The position numbers and the translations under genes were made by a program. A stretch of 64,000 bases of DNA from Myxococcota bacterium (GTDB lineage: Bacteria; Myxococcota_A; Polyangia; Polyangiales; Sandaracinaceae). Shown piece after piece: positions 41,719 to 53,689 of the stretch (the stretch's first letter is position 1; each line of letters begins with the position of its first letter). The notes under the pieces are model-generated. The model was given only the letters and a program-made list of their open reading frames with translations, was not told the origin of the DNA and made no database searches. The stretch spans positions 1-64,000 of the forward strand of contig JAYZQJ010000248.1 of NCBI GenBank assembly GCA_036149055.1, written 5' to 3'.

Positions 41719-42959
41719 CGCGTTGGCTCCTGGGCGCGGCGTTCCTCTGGATCGCCGCCGGCTGTGACTGCGCCGGCGATCCCGGCGGCGACCCCTGCGC
41801 CGTCGACGGCGACTGCGCCTCCGGCGAGCTGTGCGTGGACGGACGCTGCGAGACGCGCCCCGACGGCGGCTTCGACATGGACGGCGGCGGCGGAGGTGAC
41901 GACGGCGGCGCGCGGCGCGACGCCGGGCCGCTCCCCGACGGGAGCTCGCGCGACGACGCGGGCGCGGACGCGAGCTGCGGCGGCGAGAGCGTCGCCTTCG
42001 ACTACCGCCCGCCGAACGTGCTGCTGATCTTCGACCGCTCGTGCTCGATGCGGCGCTTCCTCGACGGCTCCGACTTCGGCACCGGCCCCGAGGACCCGAC
42101 CACCCGCTGGAACGTGGCGCGCGAGGCGGTGCTCGGGCTGATCGGCCGCTTCCCCACCCGCGTGTTCTGGGGCCTGATGGCGTTCCCCGATCCGCGCGAG
42201 GGCTGCGGCGATCCGGTCGATGCGGAGGTGGCGCCGGGGCCGGGCACGGCGAGCGCGATCGAGACCTCGCTCCGCTCCGACGCCATCCAGCCCTTCGGCC
42301 TTTGCGGGCCGGACAACTCGGACACCACGACCCAGCCGCGCCAGACGCCGACCGCCGACGCGATGACGAGCGCGCTCGGGCTGAGCGAGCTGACGGCCCC
42401 GATGCGGGAGAGCTTCGCCATCGTCGTGACCGACGGCGGCGTCAGCTGCGGGGTGAGCGACGGCGAGCTGAGCACGCTGGCCGACATGATGCGCGCGGCC
42501 GGCATCCCGACCGCGGTGATCGGCTTCGCCACCGGCAGCGCCGAGAGCTCCCTCGAGGCGATCGCCTCCGCCGGCGGGCTGCCCAACCCGGCCGGGCCCC
42601 CGAGCTACTACGTGGCCGAGAGCCGCACCGACCTCGACACCGTCTTCGACGAGATCGCGACCCGCGTGGTGAGCTGCGATCTCGCGCTCTCGAGCACGCC
42701 CCCCGATCCGTCGGCGCTCTTCGTGAACGTCAACGACATGCCGCTCGCCGAGGACGCGGCCGACGGGTGGAGCTACGACGCGGCCAGCAACACGCTCACG
42801 CTGAACGGCGCCTCCTGCGACCAGCTGCGCCGCGGCGACATCCGCCGCATCAGCGTGAGCTTCGGCTGCGCGCCGGTCGACTGCGAGCCGCGCCCCGAGG
42901 TATGCAACGGCCTCGACGAGGACTGCGACGACGTGGTGGACGAGGAGTGCCTGCTGTGA
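41715..42959 (+). CDS. Cys-rich VWA-domain lipoprotein (CglB-like architecture)
   Basis: Lipobox AAGC; MIDAS DRSCS, TPT, VTDG; C-terminal EVCNGLDEDCD. Confidence 0.85.
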   Translation: MTRWLLGAAFLWIAAGCDCAGDPGGDPCAVDGDCASGELCVDGRCETRPDGGFDMDGGGGGDDGGARRDAGPLPDGSSRDDAGADASCGGESVAFDYRPPNVLLIFDRSCSMRRFLDGSDFGTGPEDPTTRWNVAREAVLGLIGRFPTRVFWGLMAFPDPREGCGDPVDAEVAPGPGTASAIETSLRSDAIQPFGLCGPDNSDTTTQPRQTPTADAMTSALGLSELTAPMRESFAIVVTDGGVSCGVSDGELSTLADMMRAAGIPTAVIGFATGSAESSLEAIASAGGLPNPAGPPSYYVAESRTDLDTVFDEIATRVVSCDLALSSTPPDPSALFVNVNDMPLAEDAADGWSYDAASNTLTLNGASCDQLRRGDIRRISVSFGCAPVDCEPRPEVCNGLDEDCDDVVDEECLL

Positions 42960-44068
42960 AGACGACCCGCTCGATCCTGATCTTGCTGTTGCTGATGGCC
43001 GGCTGCGACGGCGGCGACGCGGCCGACGCCGGCTCCGAGCCGATCGACGCGCGGGTGGCCCGCGACGCGACGCCGACGCCCACCGACGCGCAGCCCACCG
43101 ACGCGCAGGCCGGCGAGGACGCGCGCGTGACCGAGCCCGACGCCGGGACCGCGAGCGGGCACTACTTCCCCGCCGGCTCGTTCTTCCTCGAGGACGTGTC
43201 CGACGCGCCGGCCGCCGACTACTCGGACGACATGATCGCCGCGCTCCGCGCCGCCGGCGGCTGGGGCAACCGCGACCGCTTCCAGATCGACTTCTCCCTC
43301 GAGGTCCTGCAGGCCGACGCCTCCACCGAGAAGCGCGCCTTCGAGCGAACCAGCGCGTTCTACGACCCGGACTGCGACCACGTGCCGATGCCGGTGCCCG
43401 TGGGCGGCAACCTGGAGGGGGAGAGCGGCTACGCCTGCGAGCGCGACGGCGACTGCCACCTCATCGTCTTCTCGCCGCTCGAGCGGCGCCTCTACGAGAT
43501 GTGGCGGGCCGACATCCGCGGCGACGTGTTCCAGGGCGGCTGCCTGGCGGTCTGGGACACGAGCCGGGTCTACCCGGAGACCGGCCGGGGCGAGCAGTGC
43601 ACGAGCGCCGACGCCGCGGGCTTCCCGATCGCGCCGCTCCTCTTCACCGCCGACGAGGTCGCGGCCGGCGAGATCGCGCACGCCATCCGCTTCATCCTCC
43701 CGAACGATCGCGTGCGCGCCTCGCGCTACGTGCGCCCGGCCACCCACGGCACCCGGACCCGCGGCGGCCCCGACACCCCGCCCTACGGCGTGCACTTCCG
43801 GCTGCGCGCGGACTTCCCGCTGGACTCGCTGCCGAACGACGGCGCGCGCACGGTGGCCCGGGCGCTGCAGCGCTACGGCATGTACCACGCCGACGGCGGC
43901 AACATCGCGTTGACCGCGCAGTCCGACCGCCACACCACCGCGTCCTGGGACGGCCTGCTCGGCCCCCACGACCTGCGCATGCTCCAGGTGGAGGACTTCG
44001 AGGTGATCCATCACTCGGACCCGATCGAGGTCACCTTCGACTGCCGCCGCGAGCCCCTGACCGAGTGA
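42956..44068 (+). CDS. Hypothetical lipoprotein
   Basis: Lipobox MAGC, Asp/Ala/Thr linker, globular domain (GDCHLIV, SADAAG, HAIRF); GTGA overlap. Confidence 0.8.
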   Translation: MKTTRSILILLLLMAGCDGGDAADAGSEPIDARVARDATPTPTDAQPTDAQAGEDARVTEPDAGTASGHYFPAGSFFLEDVSDAPAADYSDDMIAALRAAGGWGNRDRFQIDFSLEVLQADASTEKRAFERTSAFYDPDCDHVPMPVPVGGNLEGESGYACERDGDCHLIVFSPLERRLYEMWRADIRGDVFQGGCLAVWDTSRVYPETGRGEQCTSADAAGFPIAPLLFTADEVAAGEIAHAIRFILPNDRVRASRYVRPATHGTRTRGGPDTPPYGVHFRLRADFPLDSLPNDGARTVARALQRYGMYHADGGNIALTAQSDRHTTASWDGLLGPHDLRMLQVEDFEVIHHSDPIEVTFDCRREPLTE

Positions 44069-44114
44069 CCGTGGGAGCCGTGCTAGCGTGCCGGCCTCAG
44101 CTCGGAGGTGAGGC

Positions 44115-44882
44115 GTGGCGGAACCGGTGATCCATCTCGAAGACAAGGTCGCGATCGTGACCGGCGCGAGCCGGGGCATCGGCGCGGAGATCGCGCGCAC
44201 GTTCGCGCGGGCCGGCGCCAAGGTGGTGCTCGCGAGCCGCAAGATCGAGGGCCTCGAGGCGGTGGCGAAGGAGATCACCGACGCCGGCGGCGAGGCCCAC
44301 CCGATCGCCGCCCACATGGGCAAGGAGGAGGCGGTCCGGGGCCTCGTCGAGGACGCGATCGCCAGGTACGGCAAGGTCGACGTGCTCGTGAACAACGCGG
44401 CCACGAACCCCTACTTCGGCCCGATCATGAACATCGACTGGGGCGCGTGGGACAAGACCTTCGAGGTGAACGTGAAGGGCTACTTCATGGCCATTCGCGA
44501 GGTCACCCGGCACCTCCAGGAGCGCGACGGCCGCGGCGCCGTCGTCAACATCGCTTCCGTGGCTGGGTTCATGGCGATGCCCCTCCAGGCTTGCTACGGC
44601 ATGACCAAGGCGGCGGTCATCTCGATGACCAAGTCGCTGAGCATCGAGCTGGCGCCGCACGTGCGCATGAACGCGATCGCCCCCGGGCTGATCGAGACGA
44701 AGTTCGCGAGCGCGCTCACCCAGAACGACGAGATCCTGCAGTCGGTGCTCGACCGGACCAGCCTCAAGCGCGTCGGTCAGCCCCAGGACGTCGCGAGCGC
44801 GGCGCTCCTGCTCGCCAGCGACCAGGGCGCGTACTTCAACGGCACCCTGCTCACCGTCGACGGCGGCTGGTCGATCGGCTGA
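44115..44882 (+). CDS. Short-chain dehydrogenase/reductase
   Basis: TGASRGIG, VNNAA, YGMTK, IAPGLIET, VDGG. Confidence 0.95.
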   Translation: MAEPVIHLEDKVAIVTGASRGIGAEIARTFARAGAKVVLASRKIEGLEAVAKEITDAGGEAHPIAAHMGKEEAVRGLVEDAIARYGKVDVLVNNAATNPYFGPIMNIDWGAWDKTFEVNVKGYFMAIREVTRHLQERDGRGAVVNIASVAGFMAMPLQACYGMTKAAVISMTKSLSIELAPHVRMNAIAPGLIETKFASALTQNDEILQSVLDRTSLKRVGQPQDVASAALLLASDQGAYFNGTLLTVDGGWSIG

Positions 44883-44888
44883 CGCCGC

Positions 44889-45563
44889 CTACAGGAAGGT
44901 GCGCAGCGCCGGGGGCAGGTGCCCCACGCAGTTGAAGCGGAAGAGGCCGCGGGCGGTGAGCTCGGTGACCGACGCGTTCTGGACCGAGAACATGAGGTCC
45001 ACGCCGTGGGTGTCGCCGAGGCCGAGCGCGCCCGCGACCGCGGCGCCGACCGGCCCGCCCGAGGTGATCGCGACCGCCCAGCCGTCACCCTCGGGGTGCA
45101 GGCCGGCCACGCACGCCTCGACCTTGCCGCGGAAGAGCCGATAGGCCTCGACCTCGGGGTGGTCGAGCTCGCCCTGGGTCCAGTGACGCATCACCCGCCG
45201 GAAGAGCGGGAGGAAGCTCTGGATGCCGCCCTTCAGGTCGCGCGCGTCGCGGGCGAGGGCGCCCAGCTCGTCCTCGCGATCGACGAGGTCGTCGAAGAGG
45301 AGGCGGGTCAACATCACGCCCTGGTGCTCGTCGAGCGCGTCGTCGACCTCGACCTCCAGCGGCTCGCCGAAGGTCTCCAGGAACGCCTCGGTCGTCTCGC
45401 GGTGCCGGCGGCGCGGGCCGCGCACGAGCCTCGAGATCACGCGCCCCTCGTTGCGCCAGGCGAGCCCGAGCGCGCGGGCCTGCTCGAAGCCCTTGTCCGA
45501 GAGCTGGTCGTAGTCGTCGCGGTGCGCCGACGCCTGCCCGTGCCGCACGAGCGCGACCCTCAC
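44889..45563 (-). CDS. Histidine phosphatase family protein
   Basis: LVRHGQAS, R..ET, LDEH, TSGG, NASVT. Confidence 0.9.
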   Translation of the reverse strand: MRVALVRHGQASAHRDDYDQLSDKGFEQARALGLAWRNEGRVISRLVRGPRRRHRETTEAFLETFGEPLEVEVDDALDEHQGVMLTRLLFDDLVDREDELGALARDARDLKGGIQSFLPLFRRVMRHWTQGELDHPEVEAYRLFRGKVEACVAGLHPEGDGWAVAITSGGPVGAAVAGALGLGDTHGVDLMFSVQNASVTELTARGLFRFNCVGHLPPALRTFL

Positions 45564-45727
45564 GGCGCCACCTCCGCGGCGGGCGCCTCGTCCTGGCTCG
45601 ATCGCCACCAGGCGGCGCCCGCGATCATCAGCCCGGCGAGCACGCCGACCAGGACCGCCATCACCAGGGTCCGTCGCGACATCTTGGGCGGCGCGCCGAT
45701 CGCCTCGAGATCCTCTTCTTCGCTCAC
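45560..45727 (-). CDS. Small single-TM protein (55 aa)
   Basis: VSEEEDLEAIG...VMAVLVGVLAGLMIAGAAWW; overlaps both neighbours by GTGA. Confidence 0.65.
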   Translation of the reverse strand: MSEEEDLEAIGAPPKMSRRTLVMAVLVGVLAGLMIAGAAWWRSSQDEAPAAEVAP

Positions 45728-46203
45728 GGCGCGCCTCCGCTCGGCAGCCGGCGCTGCGCGTTCTCCTCCACCTGGAGCAGCGTGCGGCGCACCTCGTCGG
45801 GCACGCTGCGCGCGAGCACGATGCGGTAGCCGTCGGGCTCGTGGGCCATCACCACCCGCACCTCGTCGCGCGGGTAGACGTAGGCCCAGTCGCCGGCGAG
45901 CTCGTAGCGGAGGTCGTCCTTGGCCGCGGCGAGCATGCCGAGCACGTAGCCGGCCATGCCCTCGCCCCCGGGCTGGTCGATGTCGGTGAAGCAGGCGCGC
46001 CAGGCCTCGCGGTCCTGCAGCGCGAAGCCGCCGCCCTCGGCCATGCGCGCCTGCACGGTCTCCTGCGGCACGTCCCCGAGCCCGTAGGCGCCGAGGAGGG
46101 TCTCGACGGTGTGCTCGGGGGTCGAGAAGCGCGCGTCGGCGCGGGAGACGCCCTCGTCGCAGCCGACGAGCGAGAGGAGCGAGAGGAGCACGAGCCTGCG
46201 CAC
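45724..46203 (-). CDS. Hypothetical lipoprotein
   Basis: VRRLVLLSLLSLVGC lipobox; FSTPEHTV. Confidence 0.75.
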   Translation of the reverse strand: MRRLVLLSLLSLVGCDEGVSRADARFSTPEHTVETLLGAYGLGDVPQETVQARMAEGGGFALQDREAWRACFTDIDQPGGEGMAGYVLGMLAAAKDDLRYELAGDWAYVYPRDEVRVVMAHEPDGYRIVLARSVPDEVRRTLLQVEENAQRRLPSGGAP

Positions 46204-46303
46204 GCCGTGCTCTACCACGCCACTGCCGACCATGCCGCCGTCGACCATGCCGCCGTCGACCACGCCGCGTTCCACCACGCCGCGTTCCACCGCGCCGCGT
46301 CAG
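46199..46303. repeat. Imperfect 15-bp tandem repeat, about seven copies
   Basis: accatgccgccgtcg x2, accacgccgcgttcc x2 and variants. Confidence 0.8.
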
Positions 46304-47595
46304 CGACCGAGGACCACGTTGCCATGCGGGAGGGCGACCGCGCCGCCGCTCCGGACCTCGCACACCGAGAAGAGCACCCGCGACGGCGCGCCGGTCTGGA
46401 AGGCGACCCGACGCCCCTCGATGTGAACGCCCGCGAGGTCGAGGCGGCTGTCGTGCAGCGACGCCCCGACGTCGCCGACGATCGCGCCGCCGGTCGCGCG
46501 CACGTTGGCGTCGCGCGCGTCGAGCGCCACCTCCGCGCGGCCCCCGATCTGCACGTTGTCGAGCCGCACGTCGGAGGAGCGGATGACCAGCGAGTCCAGC
46601 CGCGCGTCGTGGATGCGGACGCCCCGGCAGCCCTCGACGAGCACGTGACCGAGCCGACCGGTCAGCTCCACGTCCGCCTGCCCGCGGCAGGTGAAGGGGC
46701 GCGGCGAGGCGCCGGTCGAGCGCGACGCGGCCGGGGACGCCCCGGACAGGTGGCGCCGCACCTCGGCCACGAACGCCTCCGGCGCGTCGGCCATCGGCAC
46801 GTGACCCGCGTCGTCGAGGACCACGAGGCGCGCGTGCCCGATGCGATCGTCGAGCAGCCGCCCGGTGCGCAGCGGGGCGACGCGGTCCCGGCGGCCCCAC
46901 ACCACCAGGGTCGGGGCCCGGATCGACGACAGCGCCGGCCCGACGTCGGTCGCGATCAACGACAGCGCGGCCACCTGCTCCGGCGGGCCGCCGGCGATGG
47001 CGCCGACCGAGGCGAGCGCCCCGGGGTCGGGCTCGAAGCGGCGCACCGCGCCGAGCAGGCTCTCGAAGCCGCCGCCCCCCGCCTCGCCGAGCTGGCTCGA
47101 GACGAACGCCTCGCGGTGGAGCACCCCGGCGACGTCGACCAGCACCAGCCGCTCGACCAGCTCGGGGTGGGCGCCCGCGACGAGGATGGCGATCGCGCCG
47201 CCCATCGAGTGGCCGAGGAGGTGGGCCGGCCGGCGCAGGTGCTCGCGCATCCACCGCGCGATCAGGGCCGCGTCGTCCACCGGGTGCAGGGAGTGGCCGG
47301 CCGCCGGCGAGCCCCCGAAGCCCGGAAGGTCGAGGGCGATGACGTGAAAGCCCTCGGCGAGCGCCTCCGCGACCGGCTCGAAGTCGGCCGAGGCGTTGGC
47401 CCCGAGCCCGTGCACCAGGACGAGCGGCGGGCTCGCCCGGTCGCCCCACTCGCGGACCCTCAGCTCTCCCTCGTAGGCGGCGCTCGCGGCCCGGGGCGCG
47501 GGGGCCGGCAGGGCGGCGTGGGGCGCGTGCGCGACCGAGCCGCAGCCCGAGAGGGCCGCGAGGGCGAGCGAGACGAACGCAGCGCGGGGGAGCAT
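46300..47595 (-). CDS. Alpha/beta hydrolase lipoprotein with C-terminal beta-helix-like extension
   Basis: Lipobox LSGC; VHGLG, DLPGFG, GHSMGG, WGRRD, AGHVP. Confidence 0.85.
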   Translation of the reverse strand: MLPRAAFVSLALAALSGCGSVAHAPHAALPAPAPRAASAAYEGELRVREWGDRASPPLVLVHGLGANASADFEPVAEALAEGFHVIALDLPGFGGSPAAGHSLHPVDDAALIARWMREHLRRPAHLLGHSMGGAIAILVAGAHPELVERLVLVDVAGVLHREAFVSSQLGEAGGGGFESLLGAVRRFEPDPGALASVGAIAGGPPEQVAALSLIATDVGPALSSIRAPTLVVWGRRDRVAPLRTGRLLDDRIGHARLVVLDDAGHVPMADAPEAFVAEVRRHLSGASPAASRSTGASPRPFTCRGQADVELTGRLGHVLVEGCRGVRIHDARLDSLVIRSSDVRLDNVQIGGRAEVALDARDANVRATGGAIVGDVGASLHDSRLDLAGVHIEGRRVAFQTGAPSRVLFSVCEVRSGGAVALPHGNVVLGR

Positions 47596-47792
47596 GGCCG
47601 CGCCCCCGTGCAACCCACGTGCCCCCACCGCCGGCGGCGCCAGCGAGCCCGTCCGAGAACCGGGCTTCACGGTTCGGCGTGTCGGGGGCGCCCGCCGTTC
47701 ACGATCGCTGGCACACCTCGCGTGATCGTCCCCGGGCGTGGGCTGGTGACGCGGGCAGGTGGGAGCATGTGCTCGGAGACTGGGGGTCTCCG

Positions 47793-48281
47793 TTGCGGTT
47801 CGTCGTCTGCTGCGACATCCAGCGCCCGCCCGAAGACGTCTTCGCGTACCTGGAGCGCGTCGACGAGCAACCGCGCGCGCGCTTCTCGCTGGTGCCGCCG
47901 CCGATGGGATCGCCGCCGGCTCCCCGTCATCGGCCGGTCGGCGCCAAGCACCGCGAGATGGTGCAGCTGCTGCCCGCGGTCCGGACCGAGATCTGGGCCG
48001 AGCTGGTGCACCGCGACCCGCCCCACGCGCTCCGCTACCGCTGGGAGGGCGGCTACGTCAGCGGCGACCTCGACTACGTCATCCGCCCCACCCGCCACGG
48101 CAGCCGGCTCGAGCACGTGATGTCGCTGACCCTGGAGGGATCGCTCTCGGTCCTGGCCGCCCTCATCCGGCAGACCCTCTACAGCTCGATCGTCGCCCGG
48201 CTCGCCGCGGTCAAGACCGAGCTCGAGGGTCGGGTGAGCGCTGACACAAGTCAGCACAGCGGACCGTCGAACAGCCTGTGA
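47793..48281 (+). CDS. SRPBCC family protein
   Basis: IQRPPEDVFAYL and C-terminal RLAAVKTELE helix. Start uncertain. Confidence 0.65.
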   Translation: MRFVVCCDIQRPPEDVFAYLERVDEQPRARFSLVPPPMGSPPAPRHRPVGAKHREMVQLLPAVRTEIWAELVHRDPPHALRYRWEGGYVSGDLDYVIRPTRHGSRLEHVMSLTLEGSLSVLAALIRQTLYSSIVARLAAVKTELEGRVSADTSQHSGPSNSL

Positions 48282-48289
48282 CCGCAAGG

Positions 48290-48351
48290 GTTTTGGCTCA
48301 GTGCCAAAACGTGCCAAGCCGGGTTGACCCAGCCCTCCGGGTGCTTAGGTT
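48290..48351 (+). promoter_or_regulatory. Candidate clpB promoter and upstream palindrome
   Basis: GTTTTGGC-tcagt-GCCAAAAC at 48290-48310; TTGACC (48324)-N16-TAGGTT. Confidence 0.4.
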
Positions 48352-48372
48352 GAGCCCCAACCGGAGACACCC

Positions 48373-50973
<2,601 letters not shown>

Positions 50974-50985
50974 GCCCCGGCGAGA

Positions 50986-51387
50986 TCACGCGCGGAGGTG
51001 GTAGGTGAGCGCCTCCTCGAGGCAGGCCTCGAGGCAGGCGCGGGGGAGCGGGCCGTCGATCGGGACCCGCACCGCGCGGTTGCCCTCGTAGCTCAGGGCG
51101 TCGCCGAACCAGCTCCGGAAGGTCTCCACCAGAGTGGTGCGGCAGTGGAAGTAGAGCTGCACGTGCTCCGGCGTCGCCGGCTTCCAGCCGATGCGGACCG
51201 TGGTCCCGCTCCGGCTCTCCGCCGTCAGGTACGCGGGCTCGCCCCACTTGAGGGTCTCGGTCAGTCGCCCCACCTCCGAGCGCGACTCCGCGACCTCGAA
51301 CACGAGCGAGCGGAGGGCGAGCGCGCGCTCCCGAGCCTCCGGCGGCATCCGGGCGAAGACCTCGGCCACCGGCGCGGGCGGGCTCAC
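50986..51387 (-). CDS. DUF1801 family protein
   Basis: ETLKWGEPAY, SGTTVRI, FHCRTTLVETFR, YEGNRA, ALTYHL. Confidence 0.85.
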   Translation of the reverse strand: MSPPAPVAEVFARMPPEARERALALRSLVFEVAESRSEVGRLTETLKWGEPAYLTAESRSGTTVRIGWKPATPEHVQLYFHCRTTLVETFRSWFGDALSYEGNRAVRVPIDGPLPRACLEACLEEALTYHLRA

Positions 51388-51530
51388 GGCGCCCTCTCGA
51401 CCGGGATCGCGTGCAACGCCATTCCTCGTGTATGAACGGAAGCCTCCGGGTCCGCAACGGAGCATGGGAGCGCCCGAACCCCCGCGGCGGCTCGTCTTCC
51501 GGCTCCATCCCCTGCGGGAGCAACGCACCG

Positions 51531-52001
51531 ATGCGCCTCTTCGTCTCCGCCCTCGCCCTCACCTCCCTCCTCGCCGCGCCGGCCGCGGCCACGCCGAGCT
51601 CCGCGCTGCGGGAGGCGGACGTCGCGCTCCACGACGCCACCCTCGCAGGGCGGCGCCTCCTCCAGGTGCTCGACGAGACCCGGCGGAGCGGCGACCGCGC
51701 CCGGAGCCGCTGCGTGGACGTGAAGCTCAGCCAGGTGAACAGCTTCCAGCGCGTGCTGACCGAGCGCCGGGCCCGGCTGGCGGCGGCGATCGCTCGAGGC
51801 GACGAGGAGACGGCCCGCCACCACCGGGTGGTGATCCGGACCCTGCACCGTCAGCTCCGGGCCGCCGAGCGCGCCGGCCGCGCCTGCGTCATGCCCGAGG
51901 TCGAGGCCGACGGCCGCACGGTGGTCGAGGTGATCATCTCCCCGGACGTGCCCGACGAGGACCCCTCCATCCTCAGCGAGGAGGAGCGGCGTCGCCGTTG
52001 A
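51531..52001 (+). CDS. Secreted helical hypothetical protein with a Cys pair
   Basis: Signal peptide ending APAAA; CVDVKLSQV...RACV. Confidence 0.7.
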   Translation: MRLFVSALALTSLLAAPAAATPSSALREADVALHDATLAGRRLLQVLDETRRSGDRARSRCVDVKLSQVNSFQRVLTERRARLAAAIARGDEETARHHRVVIRTLHRQLRAAERAGRACVMPEVEADGRTVVEVIISPDVPDEDPSILSEEERRRR

Positions 52002-52078
52002 TCCCCTCGACTTCGCTTGTCGCTTGCACCGCCGTCCGGGGCGTGCCACCTTCCGCGGCCCCAAAGGACAGTGTGACC

Positions 52079-52354
52079 ATGAGCAACGGTTCTTCGAGCA
52101 ACTCGAACAGTCCCTCCTCCTCGCAGCAGGCGCCCGACGCGGTGCAGGTGAAGCCGGTCGAGGTCGTCGTCGGTGAGAAGGGCGTCGAGCGCGCCATCAA
52201 GCACCTCAAGCGCAAGATGGCCTCCGAGGGCATCCTCCGGGAGCTCAAGCGCCGCCGGCACTACATGAAGCCGTCGGTGCGCAAGCGTAAGAAGGAGTCC
52301 GAGGCGGCTCGTCGTCGCCGCAAGCGCGAGAAGCAGCTCGGCGGCGGCCGCTGA
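52079..52354 (+). CDS. rpsU: 30S ribosomal protein S21
   Basis: ERAIKHLKRK..EGILRELKRRRHYMKPS.RKRKK..A.RRRRK. Confidence 0.92.
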   Translation: MSNGSSSNSNSPSSSQQAPDAVQVKPVEVVVGEKGVERAIKHLKRKMASEGILRELKRRRHYMKPSVRKRKKESEAARRRRKREKQLGGGR

Positions 52355-52382
52355 GCTCGCGCCGCTCGAAGGAGCGGCTCCC

Positions 52383-52423
52383 GCGAAACGACCCTGTGAG
52401 GCCTCGCCTCGCGGGGTTTTCGC
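52383..52423 (+). terminator. Intrinsic terminator after rpsU, possibly bidirectional
   Basis: accctgtgaggc-ctc-gcctcgcggggt then ttt, between convergent genes. Confidence 0.65.
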
Positions 52424-52426
52424 AAT

Positions 52427-53689
52427 TCACTCGCCCGGGATCTGCCAGGGGCGTCGCTTGGTGTGGACGCAGAGACCGGAGGGGACCTCCGTCACCTCGA
52501 GGTCCTCGGGCACCACGTCGTGGGCCACCTCGCCGCCGGGGTGCACGACGAAGCCGTCCGGGAGCTGCGCGCCCTTGCCGATCACCGAGAGCGCCGCGTC
52601 GCCGCCCCGACCCACCCGGGCGCCGTGGCCGAGCTTCGCCCGCTTGTCGACGATCGCGCGCTCGACGAGGGCGCCGTCACCGATCCAGGTGTCGTTGAGC
52701 ACGATCGAGTCGCGCACCGTCGCGCCCTTGCGGATCCGGACGCCCGGGCCGAGCACGCTCCGCTCCACGGTCGCGTCCTCGTCGATCACGCAGCCGTCGC
52801 AGACCAGGCTGTCGACGATGTTGGCCTTCCCGAGGCGGGCCGGCGCCCGGTTCTCGCTGCGGGTGTGGATGAGCCAGCCGACGTCGTTCAGGTCGTAGGC
52901 GGGCGGCTGGGCGAGCAGGTCCATGTGCGCGTCCCAGTAGGACTCGAGCGTGCCGACGTCGCGCCAGTAGCCGTGGTAGGGCCAGGTGAAGACCTTCTCC
53001 CCGTCCGCGATCATCTTCGGGAGGATGTTCTTTCCGAAGTCGTGGTCGGAGTCCTCGCGGTGGTGATCCTCGATCAGCACCCGGTCGAGCACGTCGTAGT
53101 CGAAGACGTAGACCCCCATCGAGCCCATGCCGGGCGGCGGCTCCTTGGGCTTCTCGACGAAGCTCGTGGCCCAGCCGCCGTCGTCGGTGCCCACGATGCC
53201 GAAGCGCGGCGCCTCCTCGGGCGTGACCGGGATGGTCGCCAGGGTCACCGCCGCTCCGGACGCCTCGTGCGCGTCGATGAAGTGGCGGTAGTTCATCCGG
53301 TAGATGTGATCGCCGCTGAGGACGAGCACGAGATCGGGCTTGCGATCCTTGATGAACAGGAAGTTCTGTTGCACCGCGTCGGCGGTGCCGACGAACCAGT
53401 CGGCGAGCTCGCGGGAGCGGTAAGGCGTGTAGATCCGGACGCCGCCCCAGCGCTCGCGGTTGAGGTCCCAGGGGCCGCCGCCGCCGATGTGCTCGATGAG
53501 CGAGTGCGGCCGATACTGGGCCACGATCATCACGTCGAAGAGACCGGAGTTGACGCAGTTCGAGAGCGCGAAGTCGATGATCCGGTACTTCCCCGCGAAG
53601 GGGACCGCGGGCTTGGTGCGCTTCGCGGTGAGGATGCCGAGACGCGAGCCTTCGCCGCCCGCCAGGATGATCGCCAGGACTTTCTTCAT
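52427..53689 (-). CDS. glgC: Glucose-1-phosphate adenylyltransferase
   Basis: LAGGEGSRL, KPAVPFAGKYRIIDF, GTADAV, LSGDHIY, FVEKP, YWRDVGT. Confidence 0.96.
   Translation of the reverse strand: MKKVLAIILAGGEGSRLGILTAKRTKPAVPFAGKYRIIDFALSNCVNSGLFDVMIVAQYRPHSLIEHIGGGGPWDLNRERWGGVRIYTPYRSRELADWFVGTADAVQQNFLFIKDRKPDLVLVLSGDHIYRMNYRHFIDAHEASGAAVTLATIPVTPEEAPRFGIVGTDDGGWATSFVEKPKEPPPGMGSMGVYVFDYDVLDRVLIEDHHREDSDHDFGKNILPKMIADGEKVFTWPYHGYWRDVGTLESYWDAHMDLLAQPPAYDLNDVGWLIHTRSENRAPARLGKANIVDSLVCDGCVIDEDATVERSVLGPGVRIRKGATVRDSIVLNDTWIGDGALVERAIVDKRAKLGHGARVGRGGDAALSVIGKGAQLPDGFVVHPGGEVAHDVVPEDLEVTEVPSGLCVHTKRRPWQIPGE

Noticed and set aside
48291..48317. Canonical CIRCE or sigma-54 promoter at clpB
   Set aside because: The left CIRCE arm matches poorly, and the TTGGCACG on the minus strand has GG-N9-GC spacing.
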